Shown: positions 18,167 to 27,751, counted from the first letter of the stretch. The stretch: DNA of 32,000 nucleotides from Nitrosopumilus maritimus SCM1 (GCF_000018465.1 NC_010085.1:510001-542000); one strand, 5' to 3'. Made by a program: numbers and translations. The notes: generated by a model not told the origin, from the letters alone.

Positions 18167-19432
18167 TTATTTTCTCCTTGGGTTTTCATAATTGAATTTG
18201 TTTATCTTAATCAATTCAGTATATGATCCAAACTGTGATGTGTTTGAAATCTTGTCTAATTCGTCTTCGTGCTCTGTGTCATCTTCAAATTTTCGCAATA
18301 TTTCATATTTTGTGTTCCTTTCTGCTGGAATTCTTTTAATTTCTCTTATCATGCGTCTGATTTCTTTTGGTTTTAACAATTGTCCGTGCTCTGAACCTGC
18401 AGAAGTCGAAATACTCTCGTTAATCAAAGTTCCTCCAAAGTCATTAGCTCCCCACATTAACAATAATTGAGACATTTTTTGTCCCTCTTTAACCCAAGAC
18501 ATTTGTATGTTATTGATGTGATTATTCAGCATTATTCTTGCAATTGCATGAGTGAGTAAGACATCATTTCCACTACCTCCTTGTTTGATTCCTTCATGTA
18601 ATTGATGTTTGTACATTGGTGCTTCTGTATGAATAAAGTTAAGTGGAACAAATTCTGTAAACCCTCCTGTCTCTTTTTGAATATCTCTTAATTTCTCAAT
18701 GTGTTTGACTCTGTCTTCTTGTGATTCCAAATGTCCAAACATCATAGTTGATGTTGTGTTTATTCCCATTTTGTGGGCATTTTTGATGACTCTCTCCCAA
18801 TCTTTTACACTTATTCTGCCTGGTGAAATCTTGTCTCTGAGTTCTTGGTCTAAAATCTCTGCAGATGTTCCTGGGAGTGTATCTACTCCTGCTTCCTTCA
18901 TTCGTTTTAGAAATTCTTCTATTTCTACTCCTGAACGTGTTGCGCCATAGAGAATCTCTTCAGGTGAGAATCCATGAATGTGGATATCTGGAACCTCTTT
19001 TTTGATCTCTCTGCAAATGTTTTCATAAACATCTCCTTCCATGTCTGGTGGAAGACCTGCTTGGACGCAAACTTCTGTTGCTCCTAGTTGATGTGCTTCC
19101 TTTGCTCTGCGTACGATTTCTTCTGTTGGAAGAAAATACCCTTCTTCTTCTCTAAAGTCTCTGCTAAATGCACAAAATCCACATTGTTTTATGCAGACAT
19201 TAGTAAAATTGATGTTCCTGTTTACTACGTAAGATACAACATCTCCTACCCTTCTCTTTCTTAGCTCATCTGCAACTAATCCTACTAGGTGAAAATCAAT
19301 ACCTGATGTATCGTACAACTCTAATCCTTCTTTTGATGTAATCTCTTTTTCTGATAGTGCCCGGTTTAGAATTTCTGATACAACTGGATCTGCATTTTTA
19401 AAAAGTGAGTCTATGTTTAGTGTCATCTCCAA
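18167..19432 (-). CDS. cofH: F420 biosynthesis FO synthase subunit 2
   Basis: Radical SAM NVCIKQCGFCAFSRD; HGFSPEEILYGATRSG; MMFGHLE; FVPLNFIHTEAPMY. Confidence 0.93.
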   Translation of the reverse strand: MEMTLNIDSLFKNADPVVSEILNRALSEKEITSKEGLELYDTSGIDFHLVGLVADELRKRRVGDVVSYVVNRNINFTNVCIKQCGFCAFSRDFREEEGYFLPTEEIVRRAKEAHQLGATEVCVQAGLPPDMEGDVYENICREIKKEVPDIHIHGFSPEEILYGATRSGVEIEEFLKRMKEAGVDTLPGTSAEILDQELRDKISPGRISVKDWERVIKNAHKMGINTTSTMMFGHLESQEDRVKHIEKLRDIQKETGGFTEFVPLNFIHTEAPMYKHQLHEGIKQGGSGNDVLLTHAIARIMLNNHINNIQMSWVKEGQKMSQLLLMWGANDFGGTLINESISTSAGSEHGQLLKPKEIRRMIREIKRIPAERNTKYEILRKFEDDTEHEDELDKISNTSQFGSYTELIKINKFNYENPRRK

Positions 19433-20595
19433 TACTCCTCTTTTACCAACCCTTCCTCATTTTGAATCTCTTTCATCTTCTCTTGTAGTTCTTTACTAAT
19501 AAAAGAAAAGAATTCCGGGTATATTGGGAATCTGCATTTCAAATCAAATCCTGCACTTTTTGAATTTTCATCGACTTTGTTAATTTCTGGCCAAGAAAAT
19601 TCGGGGTTCACAAAATCAGGAGTCAAAGGTGAAATTCCTCCCCAATCATTAATTCCTACAGACAAAAAACTCTGATAAGACTTTGGAGATAGATTTGGTG
19701 GAATCTGTATGTTCATCTCTGGCATAATTATTCTAGATAGGGCAACAATTGTTTTGAAATATTTTTCATCTGCAGATGGTTCATCTTTCATTCTTGTGTC
19801 TTGTTTTGGTTGGAAATTTTGTAAAATTACCTCTTGAATGTTTCCATATTTCTGGTGTAACTCTTTGATTGTTAATAATGAATCAATGATTTCTTCTATT
19901 GTTTCTCCTATTCCTACAAGAATTCCTGTAGTCATTGGAATTTGTAATTTTCCAGAGTTTTCTAAAATTTCTAATCTTGCTTTTGGTCTTTTACTAGCTG
20001 CCAAATAATGTGGCATTCCTTTTTCTGTTAATCTTTCACTAATGTTTTCAAGCATTAGGCCCATTGAAACATTTGTTTTCTTTAGTTCTTTCATCTCTTC
20101 AAAATTCAAATTTCCTGCATTTGTGTGCGGGAAAAGTCCTTTTTCTAATGCAATTTCTGATGCATGAATTAGATATTCTGATGTAGATGTGAATCCATTT
20201 TCTTTTAGCCAGTCTTTTGCTTCTTGGTATCTTTGTTCTGGTTGTTCCCCTGTTACAAACAATGCTTCAACACATCTGTATTTTTTTGCAAGATCTAGTA
20301 ATTCTGTAATTTGTTGTTTTGACATTAATGATAGTTTCTCTTCTCCGGGCTCTGCTTTGTATGTACAGTATGAACAACTGTCTTTACAGAGATTAACAAT
20401 GTTGAAGAATGCTTTTTTTGAAAATGTTACAGAATTCCCTTTGTGTTTTTTTCTTAGAACTTGTGCTGTTGAAAAAAGTTCATTTGGGTTTTTTATTGCA
20501 TTATGATAAATTTCTAAAATACTGTGACGAGAGATTTCTTTATTGTCTAAAACATTGTTTAAACTCTCAGAATTTAATACAAGTTTGCTCAACAA
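19423..20595 (-). CDS. cofG: F420 biosynthesis FO synthase subunit 1
   Basis: Radical SAM NLCKDSCSYCTYKAEPGE; ALFVTGEQPEQRY; NDWGGISPLTPDFVNPEFSWPEI. Confidence 0.93.
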   Translation of the reverse strand: MLSKLVLNSESLNNVLDNKEISRHSILEIYHNAIKNPNELFSTAQVLRKKHKGNSVTFSKKAFFNIVNLCKDSCSYCTYKAEPGEEKLSLMSKQQITELLDLAKKYRCVEALFVTGEQPEQRYQEAKDWLKENGFTSTSEYLIHASEIALEKGLFPHTNAGNLNFEEMKELKKTNVSMGLMLENISERLTEKGMPHYLAASKRPKARLEILENSGKLQIPMTTGILVGIGETIEEIIDSLLTIKELHQKYGNIQEVILQNFQPKQDTRMKDEPSADEKYFKTIVALSRIIMPEMNIQIPPNLSPKSYQSFLSVGINDWGGISPLTPDFVNPEFSWPEINKVDENSKSAGFDLKCRFPIYPEFFSFISKELQEKMKEIQNEEGLVKEEYWR

Positions 20596-20633
20596 AATGG
20601 TTCTTGACTATGACTATTTATGCTTGTATAACA

Positions 20634-21773
20634 CTAATTTCCATTTGGTCTTTCTTGAAGAATAATTGAGATGTCTGTAGTCCTACCATCTCTTAAAACC
20701 TCTAAAACCATCTCATCTCCAACTGATTTTGCTCTTTGAAGATGAATCAAAATATCGTCTATTTTTCTCACTTCAATTCCATCTACTGCTAAAATTATAT
20801 CTCCTCCCATTGGATAATTTACTCCGTCAACATCGATTGTTTTCTCTGAACCTATCAGTCCCGCTTTTGATGCTGGACTGTCTTCTATCACTGTCACAAC
20901 CAAAAATCCTACTGCATCTGGAAGTTCTAGAACTTTAGCCAAATCAGGATCAATATCTCTTCCAGAAATTCCAATCCATGGGTGTTTGTAATCTCCATCT
21001 TCAATTAATGTTGGAACTATCTTTGCAACTGTTTGTGATGGGATTGCAAATCCAACTCCCGTAAATTCTCCTGTGGCTGATTGAATTGCTGTGTTAATTC
21101 CTACAATCTCTCCTCTCATATTCAACAGTGGACCTCCAGAGTTTCCTGGATTGATGGCAGCATCTGTTTGAATAACATCTGGAATTGAATATCCAGAACC
21201 TGATGGAAGTAGTCGACCTAATTGACTAACTATGCCTGATGTCATAGAGCCAGATAGCCCAAATGGGTTTCCTATTGCTGCAATGGGCTCTCCTACTTTG
21301 AGATTAGAAGAATCCCCAATTGAGAGTGGATGCAATAATGCCAAATCTGCATTTACTTTTACTACTGCAAGGTCTGTAAATTCATCTGTTCCAATAATTT
21401 CTGCATTATATGATCTACCGTCAAGAAATGTTATGATGATTTTTTTTGCATCATCAATTACATGTTCGTTTGTTATTATGTGACCTTGTTTGTCAAACAC
21501 AAAACCTGAACCCACTCCTCCTACATCTGACACTTCTTCTCTTTGAACATTAACTCTAACAACACCTGGTTCTGATTTTTCAAATATCTCAATTAGTGAT
21601 AGATCTTTTGAATAAACTGGAGTGACTTCTCCTACAGTACTTGGACCATGACCGTTACTTACTACGATATCGGGTTTTACTGATTCAGGTGGAGATACAA
21701 ACAAAACTGCAAAAATTGCTACTACAATTACGGCACCTATTGCTCCTCCTACAAACACTCCTGATTTATCCAT
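20634..21773 (-). CDS. HtrA/DegP-like S1C serine protease with PDZ domain
   Basis: N-terminal membrane anchor, NEHVIDDAKK (His), DLAVVKV (Asp), AAINPGNSGGPLLN (Ser), C-terminal PDZ. Confidence 0.95.
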   Translation of the reverse strand: MDKSGVFVGGAIGAVIVVAIFAVLFVSPPESVKPDIVVSNGHGPSTVGEVTPVYSKDLSLIEIFEKSEPGVVRVNVQREEVSDVGGVGSGFVFDKQGHIITNEHVIDDAKKIIITFLDGRSYNAEIIGTDEFTDLAVVKVNADLALLHPLSIGDSSNLKVGEPIAAIGNPFGLSGSMTSGIVSQLGRLLPSGSGYSIPDVIQTDAAINPGNSGGPLLNMRGEIVGINTAIQSATGEFTGVGFAIPSQTVAKIVPTLIEDGDYKHPWIGISGRDIDPDLAKVLELPDAVGFLVVTVIEDSPASKAGLIGSEKTIDVDGVNYPMGGDIILAVDGIEVRKIDDILIHLQRAKSVGDEMVLEVLRDGRTTDISIILQERPNGN

Positions 21774-21811
21774 GAGATTTTTTATTTCCTATTTTACATC
21801 TAAAAGGCTTG

Positions 21812-23020
21812 CTATACGCTAATCGAACTTTGAGAGTGATCTTTCATAGAGTAACTCCTTCCCCTCCAAGTAACTGATGATGTTTTTTTAGCTTGCAATA
21901 ATCCACTCAAAAATCCTAACACAACTACAAGGCTTCCAAGTGGAGCAAATATTGCATATCTAAATTTTAATTCTAATCCTATTTTGGCTTCAATCACTGC
22001 TCCAATGTAAATTAACAATGATGCTGCAAACGCCGTTGCACAAAGAATTTTTGATGATAATGTTTCTGCAGGTAACAAAATAGATGTTGCAAAAATTGGA
22101 AATGGTACAAAAAGCAAAAACAATACTGCAAAGAAAATTCCTATTGCGATTTTCCCACTTTGAAGATACAAAGGTATCATCAATCTTTTTAGTGCATTCC
22201 AAAGGGTACTTTTGTCTCTTGCCCAAACTGCTTCTACTAGATGTTCTCCTCTTACCATCTTCATTTTGTATCCTGCTTCCTTTACTTTTTTTCCAAGTGC
22301 CCCATCTTCAATTATTTCGTGTTTGACTCCCTCATGCATACCAACTTGTTCATACGTACTTTTCTTCAAAATGAAAAAACTACCAAAAAAATAACCTGTC
22401 TTTTTTGATGGATTGTTCACATTTAGTGCAGAGAATCTTGTATGCAAAAACGTAGAAATCATTGGAAGGGTAATGTTTGTCCAAAAATCAAATGTGAGCA
22501 TTTTTGGTATGGTTGATAATGCATCTAGTTCAAATGATAAAAGATGTGAGACCGCAAGTGATATGACATTTTTTTTATGTGTAGTGTCTGCATCTGTAAA
22601 TAACAATAGTTCTCCTGTTGCTTTTCTATATCCTTCCATACATGCCCAGTTTTTTCCCATCCATCCTTCAGGTTTTTCTCTTGCAGAAACATGAATGACT
22701 TTGGAGTTTTTCTTTGCATATTCTGAAATTATTTTTCCCGTAGAATCTTCTGATGAATCATCAATTACAATAATTTCATAATCTTTGTAATCCTGATCAA
22801 TTAATGAATCCAAACATTTTCCAAGAAACTCTTCTTCGTTTCTTGCAGGTAAAATTATTGAAACTTTGGGAAATCCCTTTGATGTATTTTCAAATCTATC
22901 CAAGTAAGGTGTTAATCTAAATGAATCAACCATTGATTTTATCAAAAATAACCACGCTCCACATATTCCAATTAGGATTGCTGATAATGAATAATTCAAA
23001 ACATCAAATGCTATTTCCAT
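21812..23020 (-). CDS. Family 2 glycosyltransferase with membrane helices
   Basis: VSIILPARNEEEFLGKCLDSLIDQDYKDYEIIVIDDSSEDST; LLFTDADTTH; multiple C-terminal TM segments. Confidence 0.92.
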   Translation of the reverse strand: MEIAFDVLNYSLSAILIGICGAWLFLIKSMVDSFRLTPYLDRFENTSKGFPKVSIILPARNEEEFLGKCLDSLIDQDYKDYEIIVIDDSSEDSTGKIISEYAKKNSKVIHVSAREKPEGWMGKNWACMEGYRKATGELLLFTDADTTHKKNVISLAVSHLLSFELDALSTIPKMLTFDFWTNITLPMISTFLHTRFSALNVNNPSKKTGYFFGSFFILKKSTYEQVGMHEGVKHEIIEDGALGKKVKEAGYKMKMVRGEHLVEAVWARDKSTLWNALKRLMIPLYLQSGKIAIGIFFAVLFLLFVPFPIFATSILLPAETLSSKILCATAFAASLLIYIGAVIEAKIGLELKFRYAIFAPLGSLVVVLGFLSGLLQAKKTSSVTWRGRSYSMKDHSQSSISV

Positions 23021-23023
23021 AAA

Positions 23024-23440
23024 CTATCTCTCTATCTCTTCTTTGATGCTTTGCATGGCTTGTTCTGTACCACTTTTTATGTGATTTTTTATCATACCTG
23101 TAAACATACTCATCATTCCTGTTAGTTTTACATCCCACACTGTTTGCAGTGTAGTTTCATCACCTTCTGGAATTACTGATACTATTTTTTCACCATTAAT
23201 GATGCCTTTGGTAAATTTTGCATGAATCTGTTTCATTGGGTCTATGGTAACTTCTTGCATACACTTTTGATCCCGAAATGCTATTGTTATCTCTCTGTTG
23301 ATGGTGTTTTCATTTTTTGAAATGTTTCTAACTTCTTTTGTTCCCTTCCAAAATTTTGGTTCATTGTCAATATCTGAAACCACTGTCCAAACTTTTTCTA
23401 CAGGTGCATTGATTTTGACTTTGACTTCTATTGTGGCCAT
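23024..23440 (-). CDS. SRPBCC/polyketide cyclase-like protein
   Basis: VKVKINAPVEKVWTVVSDIDNEPKFWKGTKEV...GMMSMFTGMIKNHIKSGTEQAMQSIKEEIE. Confidence 0.85.
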   Translation of the reverse strand: MATIEVKVKINAPVEKVWTVVSDIDNEPKFWKGTKEVRNISKNENTINREITIAFRDQKCMQEVTIDPMKQIHAKFTKGIINGEKIVSVIPEGDETTLQTVWDVKLTGMMSMFTGMIKNHIKSGTEQAMQSIKEEIER

Positions 23441-23595
23441 GCGACATAATTACTCATTCCGCATTAAATATATTAGATTCCAACTTTATTGCAAATAGAC
23501 TGTGATGGGCAACATGCCTAAAATCCAGAACAGTAACTCCAGTTCTAATGGCATTTGCCATTCTTCCGTCACAGTCAATCAATCTTTGAAAGAAA

Positions 23596-23811
23596 ATGAA
23601 ACCCTCGAAATACATGCCAAAAATAGGAACCTTTGATGGTGTAGGCTTTTGGAAAAATGCATATGCACACCAACGCGGAAAATTATTGAAAAAAGTCAAT
23701 GTCCCTGAAGATCAAATTATAGAACTGGTAAACAAAAAGTACATGGAACTCCCTGCGCCACTACGATATGAAATTGAAACTAGTGGTATTGATAAAAAAG
23801 AATTACAATAA
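23596..23811 (+). CDS. Conserved hypothetical (71 aa)
   Basis: MKPSKYMPKIGTFDGVGFWKNAYAHQRGKLLKKVNVPEDQIIELVNKKYMELPAPLRYEIETSG; preferred over the antisense ORF 23454-23699. Confidence 0.65.
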   Translation: MKPSKYMPKIGTFDGVGFWKNAYAHQRGKLLKKVNVPEDQIIELVNKKYMELPAPLRYEIETSGIDKKELQ

Positions 23812-23848
23812 TCAAAATTCATTTAAGAGGCAAAGTTTGTGTCACTTC

Positions 23849-24178
23849 ATGTCGCATGTTTCATATGATGATTTTGCAAAACTCGATATCAGAGTCGCAA
23901 AGATTATTGACACAGAACCTATTGAAGGAAAATCTAGAATTATCAAAGGTAAAATTGATTTGGGAAATGATGATCAGCGTGATGTAATTATTGGTGGTGC
24001 ACAATACTTTCAACCAGAAGATATTGTTGGAAAAACTGTGATTGTTCTTGCAAACTTGGAACCAAAAAAAATGGCTGGAGTAGAATCTAATGCGATGCTT
24101 TTAGCTGCAGATGTTGATGATAAACCATTTTGGTTAACTGTTAAAGAAGACGTTCCACTTGGCAGTCCTATCAAATAA
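23849..24178 (+). CDS. tRNA-binding (EMAP/CsaA/MetRS C-terminal-like) domain protein
   Basis: SYDDFAKLDIRVAKIIDTEPIEGKSR...KTVIVLANLEPKKMAGVESNAMLLAAD. The ORF track starts at 23768; the in-frame ATG at 23849 fits the domain start. Confidence 0.88.
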   Translation: MSHVSYDDFAKLDIRVAKIIDTEPIEGKSRIIKGKIDLGNDDQRDVIIGGAQYFQPEDIVGKTVIVLANLEPKKMAGVESNAMLLAADVDDKPFWLTVKEDVPLGSPIK

Positions 24179-24313
24179 TTTTTGTATAATTCCTTTAGTT
24201 TAATTCATTTTTTCAAATCTCTCTTGACAATATGCTGTTCTAAATTGGATGATTGCAATTGAAAATTTGTGTGCCTTTATAACTAAAATTTAGAAAATTA
24301 ATGAAAATATGTT

Positions 24314-24337
24314 TGATTTATGACTAGTCATAAATCA
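24314..24337. repeat. Perfect 24-bp palindrome TGATTTATGACTAGTCATAAATCA
   Basis: Self-complementary across all 24 bases; spans the tbp stop codon (24324-24326). Confidence 0.95.
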
Positions 24338-24884
24338 TGAGATCTTTTTCTTCTAGTAATGCATGTAGATTATTTACTGATCTGTAAACATCTGGCTCTT
24401 TCTTTGCTCCTGTACAGACAAGTTTTCCTGAGGAAAATAACAAAATGACTGTTTTAGGATCTAGCATTCTATGAATAAGTCCTGGAAACTGTTCTGGTTC
24501 ATACATACTTCTTGGCAATGTTCTTGCAGCTTGTTCCAAGTGGATTTTTCCTCCAAGATTAATTGATGCAACAATGTTTTGAATTTCTACAACCGCATCT
24601 TTCTTTACTTTAATTCCACCTTTTCGAAGTTTTTGAACAACTGTTTTTACTGCTTTTCTTGCCATCTCTTCTGATTTAGAACCGGTACATACCATTTTAC
24701 CTGAAGTGAAAATCAATGTTGCAGTTTTTGGACTCTTTAATCTGAAAACTAATCCTGGAAATTGATCAGGATGATATTCTACATCAGGAAATGTTCTTGT
24801 AATTTCATTCAAGTCCATCTTTTGATCAACAGATGCTGATGCTACTACATTTTCCACACTTACGATAGGTTTGGTTTGTGGCAT
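24324..24884 (-). CDS. tbp: TATA-box binding protein
   Basis: Two direct TBP repeats: VENVVASASVDQKMDLNEITRTFPDVEYHPDQFPGLVFRLKSPKTATLIFTSGKMVCTGSKSEE and VQNIVASINLGGKIHLEQ...FPGLIHRMLDPKTVILLFSSGKLVCTGAKKE. Confidence 0.98.
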   Translation of the reverse strand: MPQTKPIVSVENVVASASVDQKMDLNEITRTFPDVEYHPDQFPGLVFRLKSPKTATLIFTSGKMVCTGSKSEEMARKAVKTVVQKLRKGGIKVKKDAVVEIQNIVASINLGGKIHLEQAARTLPRSMYEPEQFPGLIHRMLDPKTVILLFSSGKLVCTGAKKEPDVYRSVNNLHALLEEKDLMIYD

Positions 24885-25022
24885 ATTCGATTTTTTTGTA
24901 TTTTAACTATAATAAAAGCACTCGCCATCTTTTTTCGTATTTGTAGGCATTTTTTACAACTTTTTGGCCCTATTTACTATTAGACGAATGGTTTAATTGA
25001 GATCTGACGATCGGGGAATTTA

Positions 25023-26144
25023 GTGGATTTTACAAATTTTGATATTGATCAATTGTTTGGGATGAAAGACGATTCTAATCCTCTGATGATGTTGATTTGG
25101 ATTCTACCAATTGTTATTTTCATTTTTTATGGTCAACGAATTCAACTGTATGTCACATCAGGTGAAATAAAAAAAGGAATAAAAAAACTAGATGGATTTC
25201 GTGAAGAATCTAGAAATGAATTAATCACTTACATTAACAAACATCTCAGCCCAAAAAATAATCCTGAAAAAAAGATTGATCAATTCTTAGAATATTTTAC
25301 CATCATGCCTGTTGATATGGATCCTAATGGTATTGTTGAAAAAGTACAACATACTGTAAGGTCAAGAGAAGATTACACTCGTGAACATGTTAAATCACTT
25401 TTTTCAGAAATTAATGAAATTGAATTATCTAAAGTCCAAACTTTGCTTGAAATTGCATCTTCATTGCAAATGATACATAAAATTATCAATCACATGTTTT
25501 TGACTGCAAAAAAACAAAACAATTATCCGTTAATCTTGCCCCTCCAAATGATTCTTCCTTTTATAATGGAACAGGCAGAAGCAATGAAAGAAGCCATTCC
25601 AGTATTTAAAACAGGGCAACCCGTAGGTGATGGAATTGGTCCTATGGTTGTTGGGAAAATGATGTTAAATAGTCCAAAAGAAATCATTTCATTTCAAACA
25701 GCACTTGCACAAACTACATTTGAAAATCGAAATCTGTTTTTATTAAAAGCAGAAGGACCTGGTTCCACTGTTGGCAGACCTTCTGATGCATTACAATCAA
25801 TTGTTTCTAAAAATAAAATTGATGCTGTAATTATGATTGATGCTGCATTGAAAATGGAGGGTGAAGACTCTGCATCTATCGCAAGAGGATTTGGTGCTGC
25901 CATTGGTGGTATTGGAACTGAAAAATTCCATATTGAAGCTGTAGCAACTGACAATCAAATTCCAATATTTTCTATTGTAGTAAAACAATCAGTAAAAGAA
26001 GCTATTACTCTGATGACAAAAGAAATTGCAGACCAAGCAGATGATGTTCGCTCACAAGTTTATGAAATAATTCTAGAAAATACCAAGGAAGGCCAATCTG
26101 TAGTTGTTATTGGTGTTGGAAATACTATAGGAGTTCCTCAATAA
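25023..26144 (+). CDS. DUF1512-like archaeal membrane protein
   Basis: LIWILPIVIFIFYGQRIQLYVTSGEIKKGIKKLDGFREESRNELI...IMPVDMDPNGIVEKVQHTVRSRE; GTG at 25023, alternative ATG at 25062. Confidence 0.85.
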   Translation: MDFTNFDIDQLFGMKDDSNPLMMLIWILPIVIFIFYGQRIQLYVTSGEIKKGIKKLDGFREESRNELITYINKHLSPKNNPEKKIDQFLEYFTIMPVDMDPNGIVEKVQHTVRSREDYTREHVKSLFSEINEIELSKVQTLLEIASSLQMIHKIINHMFLTAKKQNNYPLILPLQMILPFIMEQAEAMKEAIPVFKTGQPVGDGIGPMVVGKMMLNSPKEIISFQTALAQTTFENRNLFLLKAEGPGSTVGRPSDALQSIVSKNKIDAVIMIDAALKMEGEDSASIARGFGAAIGGIGTEKFHIEAVATDNQIPIFSIVVKQSVKEAITLMTKEIADQADDVRSQVYEIILENTKEGQSVVVIGVGNTIGVPQ

Positions 26145-26323
26145 TGTTCTCAAAAGAAAAAATTACTGTAGCTTACACTGTAGAAAAATGTGAAAAATGT
26201 GACATGCAAAAGAAACGAAAATTTTCTGAAGGTGATGTTTTGTTTGCAGAAATATCAAAATGTAATTCCTGTGACGGAATTACTGTAATTGATAAAATAT
26301 TTGGTGAAACCCTAGAACAATAA
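26144..26323 (+). CDS. 59 aa CxxC-containing small protein (MFSKEKITVAYTVEKCEKCDMQKKRKFSEGDVLFAEISKCNSCDGITVIDKIFGETLEQ)
   Basis: Hand-translated; start overlaps the previous stop (TAATG). Two CxxC knuckles suggest a zinc ribbon. Just below the ORF-track cutoff. Confidence 0.75.
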   Translation: MFSKEKITVAYTVEKCEKCDMQKKRKFSEGDVLFAEISKCNSCDGITVIDKIFGETLEQ

Positions 26324-26324
26324 A

Positions 26325-27218
26325 CTATGCTTTAGTAGTTACTGTAACCCCATCTTCTGTTGGAATAAACGTATGTTCTGCTTGAGCCACTCTTTGTTCA
26401 TTTACTTCAATTAAAACTGGATACGCCTGAACTGCTTTTTTCTTTACTAGAATGTCTAACAAGTCTTTTGCTTCTTTTTCATCTCTATCTTTTGTAATCC
26501 ATCTTAATGCAAATGGTAACATGTTAAAATTCTCCCAGATATAGTCCAGTAGTTTATCTGCTTCTGCATTTTTTGTTTTCTTTCTAGAGTTTATTGCAAA
26601 AATGTTTTTTATTTGCCCATTTCTAACAAATCCTCCTCCCTCTGATGTTGTGACAAAAGGTTCACACGCATATGCAGAATTTTCAGAAAGTGAAAATCCT
26701 CCAATTGACCAGATATTTGGAATGGATTTTCCTGCATGAATTGTATACTGTTCCAAGGAATGACCACTGAGATTTGCAATTGGTTTGTATCCCATTTGTT
26801 TTATTGTAGTTTCTATAGTTCTGCCAATGTCACTTGCTTTTACTCCTGCTTTGATCATTGACATTGCATTTGCCAACCCTTCTTCAGCTGCTTGTACTAG
26901 TCCATCATATTGTGGATCGTAACATACTGTTACTGCAGTATCTGCAATGTATCCGTTAATCTGTGCCCCTAGATCAATTTTTATCAAATCTGTATCCTTG
27001 ATGGTGATTGGATCATTTGGTTCTGCAGTATAATGAGCTGCAACTTCATTGATACTTGTATTAACTGGAAATGCACATTTTGCTCCTCTTTTTCTAATTT
27101 CATCTTCTACCCACTCACAAATTTCATAAACTGTTTTTCCAACCCAATCTTTGACTCTGACCATCTCTCTTACTTCGGATGCAATTTTTCCTGCTTTGAT
27201 GTATTCTTCTGTTTGCAC
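26325..27218 (-). CDS. map: Type II methionine aminopeptidase
   Basis: AAHYTAEPNDPITIKDTDLIKIDLGAQINGYIADTAVTVCYD; NLSGHSLEQYTIHAGKSIPNI; FALRWI. Confidence 0.95.
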   Translation of the reverse strand: MQTEEYIKAGKIASEVREMVRVKDWVGKTVYEICEWVEDEIRKRGAKCAFPVNTSINEVAAHYTAEPNDPITIKDTDLIKIDLGAQINGYIADTAVTVCYDPQYDGLVQAAEEGLANAMSMIKAGVKASDIGRTIETTIKQMGYKPIANLSGHSLEQYTIHAGKSIPNIWSIGGFSLSENSAYACEPFVTTSEGGGFVRNGQIKNIFAINSRKKTKNAEADKLLDYIWENFNMLPFALRWITKDRDEKEAKDLLDILVKKKAVQAYPVLIEVNEQRVAQAEHTFIPTEDGVTVTTKA

Positions 27219-27290
27219 ATTTTTGCTCCTTTGTGTGCCTTTAAAATGATTATCTGTGAAGCTTAAATTGGGCGACTTTTAGGATTTACT

Positions 27291-27367
27291 GGGATCGTGG
27301 TCTAGCTTGGTATGATTCTGCGTTTGGGACGCAGAGGTCGCGCGTTCAAATCTCGCCGATCCCACCA
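27291..27367 (+). tRNA. tRNA-Pro (anticodon TGG) with encoded CCA
   Basis: Acceptor GGGATCG/CGATCCC, anticodon arm CTGCG-TTTGGGA-CGCAG, T-arm GCGCG-TTCAAAT-CTCGC, then ACCA. Confidence 0.95.
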
Positions 27368-27401
27368 TTATCTTATTATCAAATCAATTCTACTCTGATA
27401 T

Positions 27402-27473
27402 TGCCGAAGCAATGAGGAAGAGTTAGAGTAATGACTTTGATATGAAGTAAACTAATGGCTCTGAGCTCCGGCA
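27402..27473 (+). ncRNA. Candidate C/D-box sRNA
   Basis: Terminal stem TGCCGAAGC/GCTCCGGCA (8 of 9 paired), C-box-like ATGAGGA at 27412-27418, D-box CTGA at 27461-27464 abutting the stem, internal D'/C'-like atga (27431-27434) and atgaagt (27442-27448), followed by gcatgttttt. Confidence 0.4.
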
Positions 27474-27505
27474 TGTTTTTATCAATTCTTTGAGGTCTTG
27501 TTTTA

Positions 27506-27751
27506 TTGAAATTTGAGCGACGAGATATTATTTTGATTGCCGGTCTTTTGCTTTTTATGATTGGGCTAATTCCATTTATGAGCCCCGCTTACGCTGTAAT
27601 TATTGTAATTATCATGTATTTTGGAATCAAATTCTATGTTGCAAAGAGACGGCAATTAATGGAACAAGATGTCGGTGAAGGACTGTGCCTAGATTGTGGT
27701 GCTAAAATACATGAAAAAAAATGCCCTAATTGTGATTCTTCTAAGGAATAA
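27506..27751 (+). CDS. Membrane protein with C-terminal zinc ribbon (81 aa)
   Basis: Two TM helices, then CLDCGAKIHEKKCPNCDSSKE. TTG start. Confidence 0.75.
   Translation: MKFERRDIILIAGLLLFMIGLIPFMSPAYAVIIVIIMYFGIKFYVAKRRQLMEQDVGEGLCLDCGAKIHEKKCPNCDSSKE

Noticed and set aside
18192-21483. Plus-strand ORFs 18192-18470, 18699-18950, 20189-20506, 20409-20669, 20729-20938 and 21232-21483
   Set aside because: Antisense to cofH, cofG and the HtrA-like gene; no family features.
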